A stretch of 64,000 nt of DNA, taken from the NCBI GenBank assembly GCA_030390025.1, contig CM059432.1:80106001-80170000 (forward strand), in the 5' to 3' direction. The notes under the pieces were generated by a model. The model saw only the letters and a program-made list of their open reading frames with translations, was not told where the DNA came from and made no database searches. This document shows, piece after piece, positions 46,864-60,419 of the stretch. This DNA comes from Squalus acanthias (taxonomy: Eukaryota). Within the stretch, counting starts at the first letter, position 1; each line of letters opens with the position of its first letter. Position numbers and translations under genes: made by a program.

Positions 46864-48382
46864 ATGCATGAGTCTGCATCCAATGGTTGATTAATGATAT
46901 ATTGATTCCTGTCTTTCAATCCACTTTCAAAATGTGATGGCGTAATACATTTGTTATTTTGTAAGTATTTTTTCAAACATTGAAAAATTAAAATTGAAAA
47001 AATAAAAATTGTTTCACTAAATGAATGACCAGGAACAATTTTCAAATTCTTACTTCCCAGGTATTTTTTTTTTCTGATTTATACTTTCTGTTTTATGCAT
47101 GCAGCAGTTGAATTCTAGTCAGAAAAATCCACTACCTTTTCATATTTGACTTTAACTGCTATTTACACAACTCTAAAAGGCTGAAACAGAAAAATAATGG
47201 CAGGGAAAAGAGCCTGTAAATTATTTCCCAACTGCTGACTTTGCCAAATATATATATTTTTGCAAAATCACTTTTTGAAAACAAGAATAAATGTTGCATA
47301 TTTAACCAGCAGTGAATATGACTTCACTATTCTTTGATAGCTAACCTGTAAATCTAGCCTGTTACTTCTGTCCAATTTGATATGAGCCACTGTATAAACA
47401 AGTTATCCATGCCATTTTTCAGGATTTTAAAACATTCGCTAATCCTTCAACATACATTGGAGGAAAAGTTGCTGTACTCACTCGGGACAGTCCGTGTTAT
47501 TGCATTCATAAAGTTTTCTGTGTTTGGTATTCTTAGCAAAATCATAAACACAATCTTTTCGAACGCTGTACAATTTTGCTAGAAATACCTTTCAGAGATC
47601 TTCAGGAATCCGCTTATGATGTTGCTGTGCATAACAACCATCGCAGTTCCGCAACTGTTATTTCCAAACATCGACAAATTAATTTTAAGTGATATTGCTT
47701 AAATAACCTCACTTCCAGTGTTGGATGCTTTACCATTCCTCTGAAAACGCAACTTCAAATCTTAATGCTTTTAACTTTCGGACCCCCTTTGGAGGTTTCA
47801 TTTCTGTAGACATTCTGCATTCTGGTAGGCTACTGCATAGATCTGTGTCAATATTCACACTGTTTTTACACTTGTTTTCTGCAGTTTGATATCTTGTCAG
47901 GGAAGCATTTTACTTAAATTCTGATTTTAATGAGATTTTTGAACACATATTTCAGGCTTAACTAAAGCTACAAAAGGTAATATCCATTAGTGCTGAAGAC
48001 AACTGATATATATCATATTCTTGTCATTAATTATGACAATGTTATAGACAGCCTTAATCAAGCAAGCAGTATTTTCTTGCTATGCAGCGAGTTTCCACTG
48101 AAATGTAAACTAAGTATATTAGCTTACCATTATTTAATATGGCAAAACATTTTTTTACATCAATCTCATTGTGGTTTTGTAAATAATTTAAAAATTGTAA
48201 AGTTAAAATTCCATTTAGCTAGCCAAGTACATTGCTTTCACCAACTATGTAAAATCTCACCATATCATGCATTCTATATAATTTGAAATTTCTCATCTCT
48301 GCATACAAGAGTGACTGCTTCTGCTACTGCAACTAACAACGTTCTTTAAAGTATTAAGGTACACTTTATTTTTCTCTCCCAG

Positions 48383-48419
48383 TCTTTCAAGTCCTGATCC
48401 AATTGCATCAAGATGGAAG
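48383..48419 (+). CDS. Candidate 37-nt host micro-exon
   Basis: Strong acceptor TTTATTTTTCTCTCCCAG and donor AAG|GTGAGC. Two open frames (LSSPDPIASRWK or FQVLIQLHQDG). Confidence 0.35.
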
Positions 48420-49406
48420 GTGAGCTACCTGTTCCCAGGCATGTGCCAATGTTGCTGTGAACTGACTATTTGGTGGTACAAGAGAGTTGCTGGTAATCAG
48501 AGGAGGCTTACAGTAAATGGTCATTCTCAAGACATTTCAGCCTCGGTATTCTTGCTGCAGGGATAAAATAAAATATTAAAAAATGGGATATTTTAAAATA
48601 TGTCACTCAATTGGTAATTTTAAGGTGGAAGATGAAAGCAGTAAAATTTTCTACACTGATTCTTATTCTTAAGACCCTTAGGCCACTTCAGTCGTTTTTT
48701 TTAAAAAAAAGTTGTTCAAAAAATCTGACTTTTTTCCCCCTGTACTTTGCAGTTACTGTAGTAGTTACAATAAAAGCATCAATGAACTTAGATACATTTT
48801 GACAATACTTTGCTGGAATTCATAGTGCAATAAAGCATCTCAATTATAATAAGATAAAAGAGGAATAAGGCTAAACATGTTTGTGTCCTTGATAGTTCGA
48901 AACTGTAAGTTTAGAATCATTTGTGACAATCTTGTCTAAATTCAGATGTGTTCTTGAAAGCTTCACTGTCCAGAATAGTTATAATTTCCTAATTCTTTAA
49001 TTATACAATAATCCATACAGAACACCACATTCTTATGATTTGCTGCAACAGTATATTTGCATATTATGGTGACAAATTTCTGCCATTTGTGGTTGCCAAA
49101 ATACTTAACTTCCATATAAAGATAAAATATAGAAAGAGATGTAAATCTATGGTCAATTTAGCTTATTTAAGCAAAAAATGTTACATTGCAAAATGGTTTG
49201 TACTGTTTAAAAAAAACCAAATCAGGTGGTGATGATGAATAGCTCACTTCAATGGGCATTTCTTAAGAATATGGTTTGTAATATTTTTAACGGCTAATGT
49301 TGTCTCTGTACATGTGGGTTTAATTAGAGATTCTGGCAGCAAAAATCCATAATAACCAGTATCTCGCAGTTCAAATGCAAATGCATAGGGAATGCCATGT
49401 TTATAG

Positions 49407-49444
49407 GCCCAATCCATAGAACTACCAGAAGTGACATCTGAAAG
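49407..49444 (+). CDS. Candidate 38-nt host micro-exon
   Basis: Acceptor TGTTTATAG and donor [21 protein letters not shown] is phase-compatible with the LSSPDPIASRWK reading of 48383-48419. Confidence 0.28.
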
Positions 49445-49994
49445 GTAAGAAGGAAATGTATTATTAGAGCTTACATTTCAATATATCATATCACACGATA
49501 TTTATGGATGAAGACGACCATTTGACCCACCTTAGTTAATTCATCCAGAAAGACTTTAAAGTCCTCAAAAAATTGGTTTTTTTTAAAGAAGGATTCCACC
49601 ACCATGGCACTATCCAGAAGTCCATTCCATTTTTAAAAAAATCACTCTTTGTGCTAAGAATTTCTTGGGATCAGTCCTAAATTTACAGCATAGGAGGCCA
49701 TTCAGCCTATTGTGTCTGTGCCGGCTCTTTTCTGGAGCCATCCAAAACTAATCCCACTGCCCTGGTCTCTCCCCATAGCTTTGTATCTCTCTCTTCAAAT
49801 ATTTACTCAATTTTTCTTAAAGGAAGCAATGGTTTCTGGCTCAACCGCTCCCTGTGGCAAAGCATTAAATCCTCCAGCAATGCTGTGTCAAGAAATTTCT
49901 CCTAACCTTTCTCCTCACTCTCTTACTGATACTTTTAAATTGATGACCTCTCGTTACTGACGCCCCAAACAGAGGAAATAGTCTTTCCTTATTG

Positions 49995-51765
49995 TGCTGA
50001 AGGACTGGAAGGTTGCTAATGTTATACCACTATTCAAGAAAGGGGAGGGGGATAAGCCAGGAAACTACAAGCCAGTCAGCCTAACATCGGTGGTGGGGAA
50101 GTTATTGGAAACCATTATCAGGGACAAAATAAACTTTCATTTGGAAAGGCATGGGTTAATCAAGTCGAGCCAGCATGGATTGGTTGAAGACAAATCATGA
50201 CTGACTAACTTGATTTAATTCTTTGATGAGATAACAGAGAAGGTTGACCAAGGTAGTGCAGTAGATGTTATATATATGGACTTTTGGAAGTCATTCAACA
50301 AAGTGCCACACAGGAGACTTGTTAAGAAGATAGAAGCCCATAGAATTAAGGGAAAAGTGGTGGCATAGAATTACATAGAATATACAGCACAGAAACAGGC
50401 CATTCTGCCCAACGAATCCATGCCGGCATTTATGCTCCACTCAAGACGCCTTCCATCCTTCCTAATCTAAATCTATCAGCATAAACCTCTATTCTCTTCT
50501 CCCCCACATGCTTATCTAGCTTCCCCTTAAATACATCTATACTATTTGCCTCAACTACTCCCTGTGGTAGTGAGTTCCACATTCTCACCACTCTCTGGGT
50601 AAAGAAATTTCTTCTGAATTCCCTATTTGATTTCTTGGTGACAATACAACATTGATGGACTCTAGTTTTTGCTCTTCCCCACAGTATGGATACGGAATTA
50701 GCTCAGTGACAAGAAGCAAAGGTGGTGGTGGATGGATGTTTTTCAGACTGGGAGGTGGTTTGCAATGATGTTCCTCAAGGGTAAGTTTTGGGTCCATTAC
50801 TCTTTCAAATTTTTATAAATGACCTAGACTTGGGTGTGGGAGAAGCATTATAAAGTTTGCAGATACGAAACTTGTCAACGCAATAGATAGTGATGAGGAT
50901 AGTTGTAGATTTCAGGATGACATTTACAGGATGGTGATATGGGCAGATGCATGGCAGATGGCGTTCAATGTGAAGAAATATGAAGTGATGCACTTTGGGA
51001 GAACTAATATGGAAAGACAGTATACTATACATAGCACGATTTTGAAAGATATAGATGAGCAAGAGACTTTGGTGTCCATATACACAAATCCTTAAAGGTG
51101 GCAGGGCAAGTTGATACGGTGGTTAAAAAAGCATATGGGTTACTTGGGTTTATAAATAGAGGCATAGAAGCTAAGAGATCATGCCAGAACTTTATAAATC
51201 GCTGGTTAGGCCTCAGCTGGAGTATTGTGGACAATTTTCGCCACCACACTTCAGAAAAGATGTAGAGGCCTTACAAATGGTACAGTGGAGGTTTATCAGG
51301 TTGTTACCAGGGATGAGGGACTTCCATTATGAAGAGAGGTTGGAAAACTTAGGACTGCTCTCCTTGGAACAGTGAAAGTTAAGAGGTGATCCAATAGAGG
51401 TTTTCAAGATGATGAGAGGTTTTGATAGACTAGACAGAGGAAAACTATTCCCTCGGGCGAGTGGGTCAATAACGAAAGGTCACAGATTTAAAATCATTGA
51501 CAAAAGATCTAGAGGGGAGATGGAGAATTTTTTCACTCAAGAGTTGTCAGAGTCTGGAACGCTCTACCTGAAAAAGTGGTGGAAGCTGATTCCATAAATA
51601 ATTTTAAAAGGGAGTTGGACAGGTACTTGAGGATGAGGAACTTACAGGGTTACTGACAAAAAGCGGGAATGTGGGACTAAGAATGACTGCTCTTTCAAAG
51701 AACCAACACAGGTACGATGGGCCAAATGGCCTCCTTCTGTGCTGTAAGTTCCTATGATTCTATTC
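49995..51765 (+). mobile_element. Decayed CR1 RT fragment, with antisense CR1 3' fragments at ~49690-49994, ~50368-50683 and ~51980-52175
   Basis: DWKVANVIPLFKKG, LVRPQLEYC and 3' hairpins, with many stops. Confidence 0.82.
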
Positions 51766-52174
51766 ACTCGATCAAAACTCTTCATAATGCTAAAAAATTT
51801 CTTAGCTTTCTCTGTTACAATAGAAATTGTCTCATTTTCCCACTCTTGGCATTATCCTGATGAATCTATGCTGAATTCTCTCTGTGGCTCTAACTTCCTT
51901 TCTATAATGGGGTGCCCAACAGTACTCTAACTATGGCCTAACCAATTTTTTTTTAAACCAATTTATCATTACTCGTTATCATAGAATGATAGAGTACAAA
52001 AGGAGGCCATTTGGCCCATCGTGCCTATGCCGGTTCTTTGGTAGAGCTAGCCAATTAATCCCACTCCCCTGCTCTTTCCCCATTGCTCATTAAATGCTTT
52101 CCCTTCAAGTATTTATCCAATTCCCTTTTGAATACTACTATTGAATCTGGTTCCACCGCCCTTTCAGGCAGTGC

Positions 52175-55100
52175 ACAGAGCGGGATTAAATTGAGTGGAC
52201 TTGAACAGAGTGCTTTGGTTGGGAATTTGGAAAGAAAGAGAGTTGTTGCTTTTAGCCTACACTACTTGTAGTGCTGTGTGTTACAGGTAGATATTTAATT
52301 TCAGTACCCATAACTTAATCTAGAACAAGTAAGTAATCAGGAAACTACACTAAGTTACATAATTACAAATTTAATAAATAAATCAAGGTCATATAGGGAT
52401 GGCAGTGCAGGCGGTGTGCTGCAACTGCAGCATGTGGGAGTTTGTGGAGAGCATTGTGATCCTGGACAACCACGTTTGCAGTAAGTGCCTGCATCTTGAG
52501 AAACTTCAGCTCAGAGTTTTTGAGCTGGAGTCTGAGGTGCAGACGTTGCGGGGCATCAGGGATGGGGAGAGTTACCTGGACACTTTGATCCAGGAGGCAG
52601 TCACACCCCTTAGGTTAGGTAGTGGTACAGGTCTGGTTAATGGTCAGGAACAGGAGGGTGTGACGGCAACTCAGGCAGGTAAGGGGACCCCAGGTACAGT
52701 GCTGGAGGAGTCTCACTCTTTGCCCTTGTCCAACAGGTAGGAGGTTCTTGCTGCCTGTGTGGATGAGGGAAAAGCCTGTAGGATGGATAAGCAGGCTGAC
52801 CATGGCACCATGGTGCAGGAGGCCATTCAAGTGGGGTGAGTGAAAGGGAATGTAGTTGTGGTAGGGGACAGTATAGTCAGGGGGATAGATACTGTTCCCT
52901 GCAGCCGCGACCGAGTGTTCCGAAGGTTGTGTTGCCTGCCCGGTGCCAGGGTTAAAGACATCTCACGGCTGGAGAAGAACTTGGAGTGGGAGGGGGAGGA
53001 TCCAGTTGTCGTGGCCCATGTAGTAATCAACGACATAGGTAGAACTAGGAATGAGGTTCTGCTGAGGGAGTTTGAGGAGCTAGGGTCTAAATTAAAAAGC
53101 AGAACCTCAAGGGTAATCATCTTTGGATTGTTACCTGAGCCACGCGCAAATTGTCATAAGGACAAACAGATTAGAGGTTTAAATGCGTGGCTCAAAGAGT
53201 GATGTGGGAGGAAGGCGTTTCAGTTCATGGGGCACTGGCACCAGTACTGGGGAAAGAGGGAGCTGTTCCAATGGGATGGGCTCCACTTCAACCAGGCTGG
53301 GACCAGTGTCCTGGCAAATCGAATAACTAGGGCAATAGAGAGGGCGTTAAACTAATGAAGGGGGGGGGGGGAGGATGCAGGAAAGAGTAAATTTAAAAGC
53401 TGCGAGAGAAATGTCAAGGCTCTAGATCAGAGTAGAGCTTTGGGTAAAAATAAGCAGAGTGGGTCAGGAAGGGACAGAGAGAGTAACAAAGGTAATAAGG
53501 CATCAGTGACTAAGGTGACATCAGGGAAAAAGAGAAATAAGTCAAAGCTAAAGATACTATATCTAAATGCGTGAAGCATTCACAACAAAATAGATGAATA
53601 GCGCAGATAGAAATGAACAGGTTTGATCGAATAGCCATAACGGTGATATGGTTGCAAAGTGGCCAAGGCTGGGAACTAAATATTCCAGGATACATAACTT
53701 TTAGAAGGGATAAGCAAAATGGAAAAGGAGATGGGGTAGCCCTGATAATAAAGGATGGGATAAAGACAGTAAAGTAAAAGGATCTTAGCTCCGAAAATCA
53801 AGTAGAATCAGTTTGGGTGGAGCTAAGAAACAGCAAGGGGCAGAAAACATTGGTGGGAGTTGTTTATAGGCCCCCAAACAGTAGTTGTAATGTAGGGCAG
53901 AGTATAAATCAGAAATTAGAGGGGCATGTAACAAGGGTAATACAGTAATCATGGGGGACTTTAATCTACATATAAGACTGGGCAAACCAAATTTGCAGTA
54001 ATAGTGTGGGAGACGAATTCATGGACTGTATGCAAGATAGTTTTCTAGATCAGTATGTTGAGGAACCAAATAGGGAACAAGCTATTTTAAATCTAGTATT
54101 GTGCAACAAGGGTTAACTAAGTTAGTTAAGGGGCCTTTATATTGAGTTTGAAAGTGACTTAGTTAAATCCGAAACTTAGGGTCTTAAATCTAAACAAAGC
54201 AAATTACGTAGGTATGAAGGACGAGTTGGCTAAGGTAGATTGGGAAACTACATTAAAAGGTATGACGGTAGAGAACCAATGGCTAGCATTTAAAGAATTA
54301 GTACATAATTTACAACAAATATACATTCCTTTAAGGCACAAAAACCCCACAGGAAAAGTGGTCCAACCGTGGCTAACAAGAGAAGTTAAAGATAGTATTA
54401 GATCAAAGGAAGAGGCTTATAATGTTGCCAAAAAGAGAAGTAAGCCTGAGGATTGGGAGGATTTTAGAATTCAGCAAAGGAGGACCAAGAAATTGATAAA
54501 GAAAGGGAAAATAGAATGAGAGTAAACTAGCGAGAGACATAAAAACAGACTGTAAAAGCTTCAATAGGTGTGTAGAAAAGATTAGCGAAAGTAAATGTGG
54601 GTCCCTTACAGGCTGAGACAGGAGAAATTATAATGGGGAATAAGGAAATGACAGAGAAATTAAACAAATACTTTGGGGGCGATTTTGCCAGCCCTGGGGA
54701 GGCGGATAAGGAGGTGGGACTGCCGGGAAAATGGCAGAATCTGGAGGCGGGTACCCATCGCACCCCCAACCTGCCTCCGTGCCATCTTCCCAGGAGGCGG
54801 GTACCCGACCCGCGCCGGGTCCAGTCTCCTCGAGGCGGGAAGATAATTAGTGCCAAATAACTGCCTGTTAACAGGTAGTTAACAGGCAGTTTTTTTGAGA
54901 ATGCCTATTTTCAGCCCTGAAGTGTGGGCTTCCAAGTGTGGGCTTCCCGACGGCTCCGAACCTCGCCAGGGTCAGCAAGGTGGGCCGTCGGGTCTGCGGG
55001 GGTCGGAGGGGTCGAGATGTCCGGTCTGCAGGTGAGTGATGAGTGCAAGTGTGGAGAGGTGAGTGTGTGAGGTGAGTGTAAAGTGTTTTAATAAGTTTTA

Positions 55101-57211
55101 CTTACCTTTACTTCTTCCTGCAGGCTTCATCCCTTCAGTTCTCGGGAGTCCCTCATCTCACCGGCACAGAAAGCAGAATGGCTGCTGAACTGTCAAAAGC
55201 TGCAGCCTTCTGCTTTCTGCTCAGGAGAGATCTCTAACTGAGCCTGAGTGGAAGGGCTCAACTTAGAGGACAGATTGTCAGTGTTTGACAGCTTCACAGA
55301 GCCATCAAACGCTGACATTTCATCTGTCAAAAGCTCTTGACAGATGAAACGTTACTCGCTGACGTCACCTGTAACCGGCTTCCCCTTAATTGGCCTGCTA
55401 AGCCCGCTGGGCAGGCTTAACAAGGTCAATCAAGGGAAAATAGCGTGGGTTGGCCACAAGTCGATGGAGGCGGGGCTAAAACCCGACAAGTGGGAGTCCC
55501 ACCTCCAAAAGCTCCCCATTGAGAAAATCCGTCCCTTTGTGTCTGTCTTCACCGAAGAAGACGCAAAAAACTTCCCGGAAATAGTGGAGAACCAAAGGTC
55601 TAGCGAGAATGAGGAACGGAAAGAAATTAGTATTAGTCAAAAAATAGTACTGTAGAAATTAATGGGACTGAAAGCCGATAAATCCCCTGGACCTGATGGC
55701 CTACATCCTAGGGTTTTCAAAGAGGTGGTTATAGAGATAATGGATGCATTGGTTGTCATTTTCCAGAATTCCATAGATTCTAGAACGGTTCCCATGGATT
55801 GGAAGGTAGCAAATGTAACCCCACTACTTAAGAAAGGAGGGAGAGAGAAAACAGGGAACGACAGACCAGTTAGCCTGACATCAGTAGTAGGAAAAATGCT
55901 AGAATCTATTATTAAGGACGTGGTAACAGGCCACTTAGAAAATAATAATAGGATTGGGCAGAGTCAACACGGATTTATGAAAGGGAAATTGTGTTTGACA
56001 AATCTGTTGGAGTTTTTTGAGGTTGTAACTAGCTGAATAGATAAGGGGAAACTAATGGATGTGGTGTATTTGGATTTTCAGAAGGCATTCGATAAGGTGC
56101 CACACAAGAGGTTATTAAACAAAATTAGGGCTCATGGGATTGGGGGTAATATACTAGCATGGATTGAGGATTGGTTAACGGACAGAAAATAGAGAGTAGG
56201 AAAAAACGGGTCATTTTCGGGTTGTCAGTGGGGTACCGCAAGGATCAGTGCTTGGGCCTCAGCTATTCACAATCTACATCAATGATTTGGATGAGGGGAC
56301 TAAATGTAATATATCCAAGTTTGCTGATGATACAAAGCTGGGTGGGAATGTAAGTTGTCAGGTGGATGAAAAGAGGATTTAAGGGGATATAGACAACATG
56401 GCAAATGGAATACAATGTGGAGTTATCCACTTTGGTAGGAAAAAATAGAAAAGCAGAGTATTTTTTAAAATGGTGAGAGATTGGGAAATGTTGGTGTTCA
56501 GAGGGACCTGGGTGTCCTTGTACATGAATCACTGAAAGTTAACATGCAGGTACAGCAAGTAATTAGGAAAGCAAATGGTATGTTGGCCTTTATTACAAGA
56601 TGATTTGAATATAAGAGTAAAGACGTCTTACTGCAATTATATAGGGCCTTGGTGAGTATTGTGTACAGTTTTGGTCTCCTTACCTAAGGAAGGAAGAATA
56701 TACTTGCCATAGAGGGAGTGCAACAAAGGTTCAACAGACTGGTTCCTGGGATGGGGGGGATTGTCCTATGAGGACAGATTGAGTAGACTAGGCCTATATT
56801 CTCTAGAGTTTAGAAGAATGAGAGGTGATCTCATTGAAACATACAAAATTCTTACAGGGGTTGACAGGGTAGATGCAGGGAGGATGTTTCCCCTGGCTGG
56901 GGAGTCTAGAACCAGGGGTCACAGTCTCAGAATAAGGGGTCGGCCATTTAGGACTAAGAGGAGGAGAAATTTCTTCACTCAGAGGGTGGTGAATCTTTGG
57001 AATTCCCTACCCCAGAAGGCTGTGGAGGCTCAGTCGTTGAGTATATTTAAATCAGAGATCGATAGATTTTTGAATATTAAGGGAATCAAGGGATATGGGG
57101 ATAGTTCAGGAAAGTGGAGATGAGGTAGAAGATCAGCCATGATCTTACTGAATGGCGGAGCAGGCTCGAAGGGCCAAAAGGCCGACTCCTGCTCTTATTT
57201 CTTATGTTCTT
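52175..57211 (+). mobile_element. Near-full-length decayed CR1 (ORF1 52399-53355; ORF2 to ~57123)
   Basis: VCCNCSMWE zinc finger, VVGDS esterase, ERALN*, APE and RT remnants, and tail. Confidence 0.9.
54675..55535. mobile_element. Harbinger-type MITE in CR1 ORF2
   Basis: TIRs GGGGGCGATTTT / AAAATCCGTCCC and TSD TTT. Removal restores NKYF-VSVFT. Confidence 0.85.
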
Positions 57212-57973
57212 AACACACCCACTTCTGGTTTTAATGGAGGCGGGACGGGAAGCAGGACAGGGGCTGGCAGCCATCCCGCTCGCAGGAGGCGGAAGGTCAA
57301 TTTAAATATTACAATGAGGCTTGGAGCCTCTTTAACTGCATGCGGACGGGTTTTACACAATTCGTAAAATCGGTCATTACAGCAAGATGGGGACTCCTGG
57401 ATCCAGGAGTTAAGTGCCTTTATATCTACCTCCTGGATCCAGGGTCCCTATCTAACCCACACCCCGCGATCGGAGAACCCCCACGAGGCCTCCAATCACC
57501 TCCGCCAACCCCCATGATGATGCTGAGGCTGGCCACGATCTTCTCTCGCCCCCCGCCCACCGATCCTCCAGTGGCCGGCCACGATCTTCCCTTCACTGCC
57601 ACTCACCCCAATGATTCAGCCCCGATTCTCTCTCTCTCTTCCCCCCACCCCCCCCCGACCACCTGTCGGATCCTCTGCTCGACCCCCCCACCACTCCGAT
57701 CCTTTCAACGGCCTGGCCCAACCCCAAATCCGTTGCTTGACGCCCACGCCACACCCCCCCCCCCCCCACAAGATCCTTTCAACGGCCTGGCTGCCAAGCC
57801 AACCTTCCCTCCCTCGTCTGTGCGACCTAGTGCCGCAGGCCTACCCGCCCGCAGCCAGCCAGCCTCTCAATCTGTCGGCAGGGCCTGAGGGAAACCCGGC
57901 TTCCCGGGTTTCCAGGCCACCTTGGCGCCTCCACCCCCCTCCCCAACCCACTTTGCTCCTTAAAATTCAGCCC
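57212..57973. mobile_element. One-ended Harbinger-type MITE
   Basis: Ends in AAAATTCAGCCC and is followed by a truncated family-1 repeat (GTTAACTCTG..). Confidence 0.6.
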
Positions 57974-58099
57974 GTTAACTCTGCTTTTCCCACCACAGAT
58001 GCTGCCTAACTTCCTGAGCATTTCCAGCATTTTATGTTATATATGTTATGGGAAGAGGTCGACAGGGCAGGCCGTGTGAGAGCTATCTTGCTTTTCTAG

Positions 58100-58811
58100 G
58101 TGACCCTCCTCGTGCACCAGTCGTTGAAGGTAAGCATGCAGATGCAGCAGGTGGTTAAGAAGGCAAATGGTATGCTGGCCTTCATAGCGAAAGGGTTCGA
58201 GTACAGGAACAAGGATGTCTTGCTGCAGTTGTACAAGACCTTGGTGAGACCACATCTTGAGTATTGTGTGCAGTTTTGGTCGCCTTATCTGAGGAAGGAT
58301 GTTCTTGCCATGGAGGGAGTGCAGCGAAGATTCACCAGGCTGATACCTGGGATGGCAGGAATGATGTATGAGGAGAGATTGGGTCGATTGGTGTTATACT
58401 CGCTGGAGTTTAGAAGAATGAGAGGGGATCTCATTGAAACTTATAAAATTCTAACAGGACTAGACAGACTAGATGCAGGAAGAATGTTCCCAATGGCCGG
58501 GGAGTCCAGAACCAGGGGTCACAGTCTAAGGAGTAAGCCATTTAGGACTGAGATGAGGAGGAATTTCTTCACCCAGAGAGTGGTGAACCTGTGGAATTCT
58601 CTACCACAGAAGGCAGTAGAGGCCAATTCATTAAATATATTCAAGAAGGAGTCAGATATATTTCTTAAAGCTAAAGAGATCAAGGGATATGAGGAGAAGG
58701 CAGGGACAGGGTATTGAATTTGGATCATCAGCCATGATCTCATTGAATGGCGGAGCAGGCTCGAGGGGCTGAATGGCCTGCTCCTGCTCCTATCTTCTAT
58801 GTTTCTATGTT
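58100..58811 (+). mobile_element. CR1 3' fragment
   Basis: ORF 58100-58717, hairpin and TTTCTATG tail. Confidence 0.92.
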
Positions 58812-59057
58812 TAACAGGTAGATGCCACTGTCATGACTGCACTGGTGCAGTTTGGTTCGGGGAGCCTGCATGTGACAATGACTGGATCAAGTTACACATT
58901 GCAGAGACCTTCAATTCCAACAGGCAGGATCAAATTACACATTCCAGACAAACTGTTAGGTGTGTCTTGTCCTCAAGGGGACCAATCAGAAATATTGTAC
59001 ACATTTTTTGTGTGACATTTTCCTTACAATTATGAACTAAATATAATTTCTGATCTG

Positions 59058-59202
59058 ATAGCAAAATACTGCGGGTGCTGGAAATCCGAAATAACAGAAA
59101 ACGCTGGAAAAACTCAGCAGGCCAGGCAGCATCCGTGGAGAGAGAAACAGAGTTAACGTTTCAGGTCGAAGACCTTTCGTCAGAACTGGAAAAAAAGCAG
59201 GA
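59058..59202 (-). mobile_element. 145-bp hammerhead-headed retroposed insertion (family 1)
   Basis: 13-bp TSD AATTTCTGATCTG at 59045-59057 and 59203-59215. Confidence 0.87.
59151..59187 (-). ncRNA. Minimal type I hammerhead ribozyme motif (family 1)
   Basis: Minus strand AGTT-CTGACGA-A-AGGTC-TTC-GACCT-GAAAC-GTT-AACT. Confidence 0.8.
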
Positions 59203-60066
59203 AATTTCTGATCTGCCTATCTAACGTCCGTTAGAGCCCAATTCAAACATTATCAATTTTAAAAGCTTACACAAAGTGCTAGATGCCGGCCCGTGTTTGT
59301 ATTTGATACCATACGCTGAGTAAAGAGCATTGACAGCATTGTATGCTGCAGATTCCTGAAAAATGAAACAAAAAAGTACAACATGTTACTTAAAAAATAT
59401 TAGTCTCAGTTGAATAAATATGCTGCAACATTGTTTAGTGATGCTGTTAACATCAAAGTAAATCACAATGAGTGATTTTAGGGATCACATTTATACTCAT
59501 TAAATTCAGATAATTTCAGTTTATGGGGTTATACACAAACAATATTTTAATCTTGTTTATTTCTGCTTCATTATTTTGTTTCAGTTTTAGACAATGGCAG
59601 CTATATTCACAAAGCATGTCCAATCTTGTGCCTTCATTGAAATAATTAGCATGCTTCCAGCTAAAATTTAGATTCGGACTGTTCTTAACTTTAAGTAACT
59701 GAAACTAGCACTGTCATGTGTACTTTTAAATCAAGTTCATACTGAATCTACAGATCAAAATTTCATGGTATATCTAAAAGACTAGCTCAATTTACCTCTA
59801 AAACGTTGCTTATTAGTTAGTATTACATAAATTGAAATTTGCCTGTGAAATCTGCAGTGAACGAAAGAAGACTAAAGTATCCCTGAAATGTCTACTTTGA
59901 AGTTTCCAGTCGATGCTTTGTTACTGGGGTATATCATAGATGCTTAATAGTGGCGCTTAAGCAACTTAGGCTGGCCATTGTATGCAGTGAATACTAAATG
60001 GAAAATGTTTAATCTACATAGATTCAACCTCATCCAGTGGGGTTATTCACTGTTGACCTACATCCT

Positions 60067-60294
60067 GGCCCAAATCTTGCTGCTGGAGCCAGTTCTCAAA
60101 TAATAACGGGGAGGTTGAGGGCGAGCTGCCATTTGTGCGAGGCAAACAGCGTAGTGGTGTAAATCGACCAACACGTTATGGCGATTCACAACTCACGGCG
60201 CATCTCTTCTTCGCCTGAACTTCCTGGCCAATTTGCACTTCAATAACGGCGTGTGTTGTGAACTTGCTGTTATTTTTCCAGCAAGATTTGGGTC
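60067..60294. mobile_element. Short MITE
   Basis: 16-bp TIRs GGCCCAAATCTTGCTG / CAGCAAGATTTGGGTC (15/16). TSD not clear. Confidence 0.72.
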
Positions 60295-60419
60295 TTTGTT
60301 TATATGATAATAACACTGTGTTTTCCATAGATTCTCAGCACTGATTACTATGGCCAATGTGCATTTAAGCAACTGATCAATCTATAAAAACATATCCTTT
60401 CATTTTTTTAATCAAATAA

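Noticed and set aside
57340..58009. Pro-rich 182-aa and 132-aa ORFs
   Set aside because: They arise from C-rich low-complexity MITE interior.
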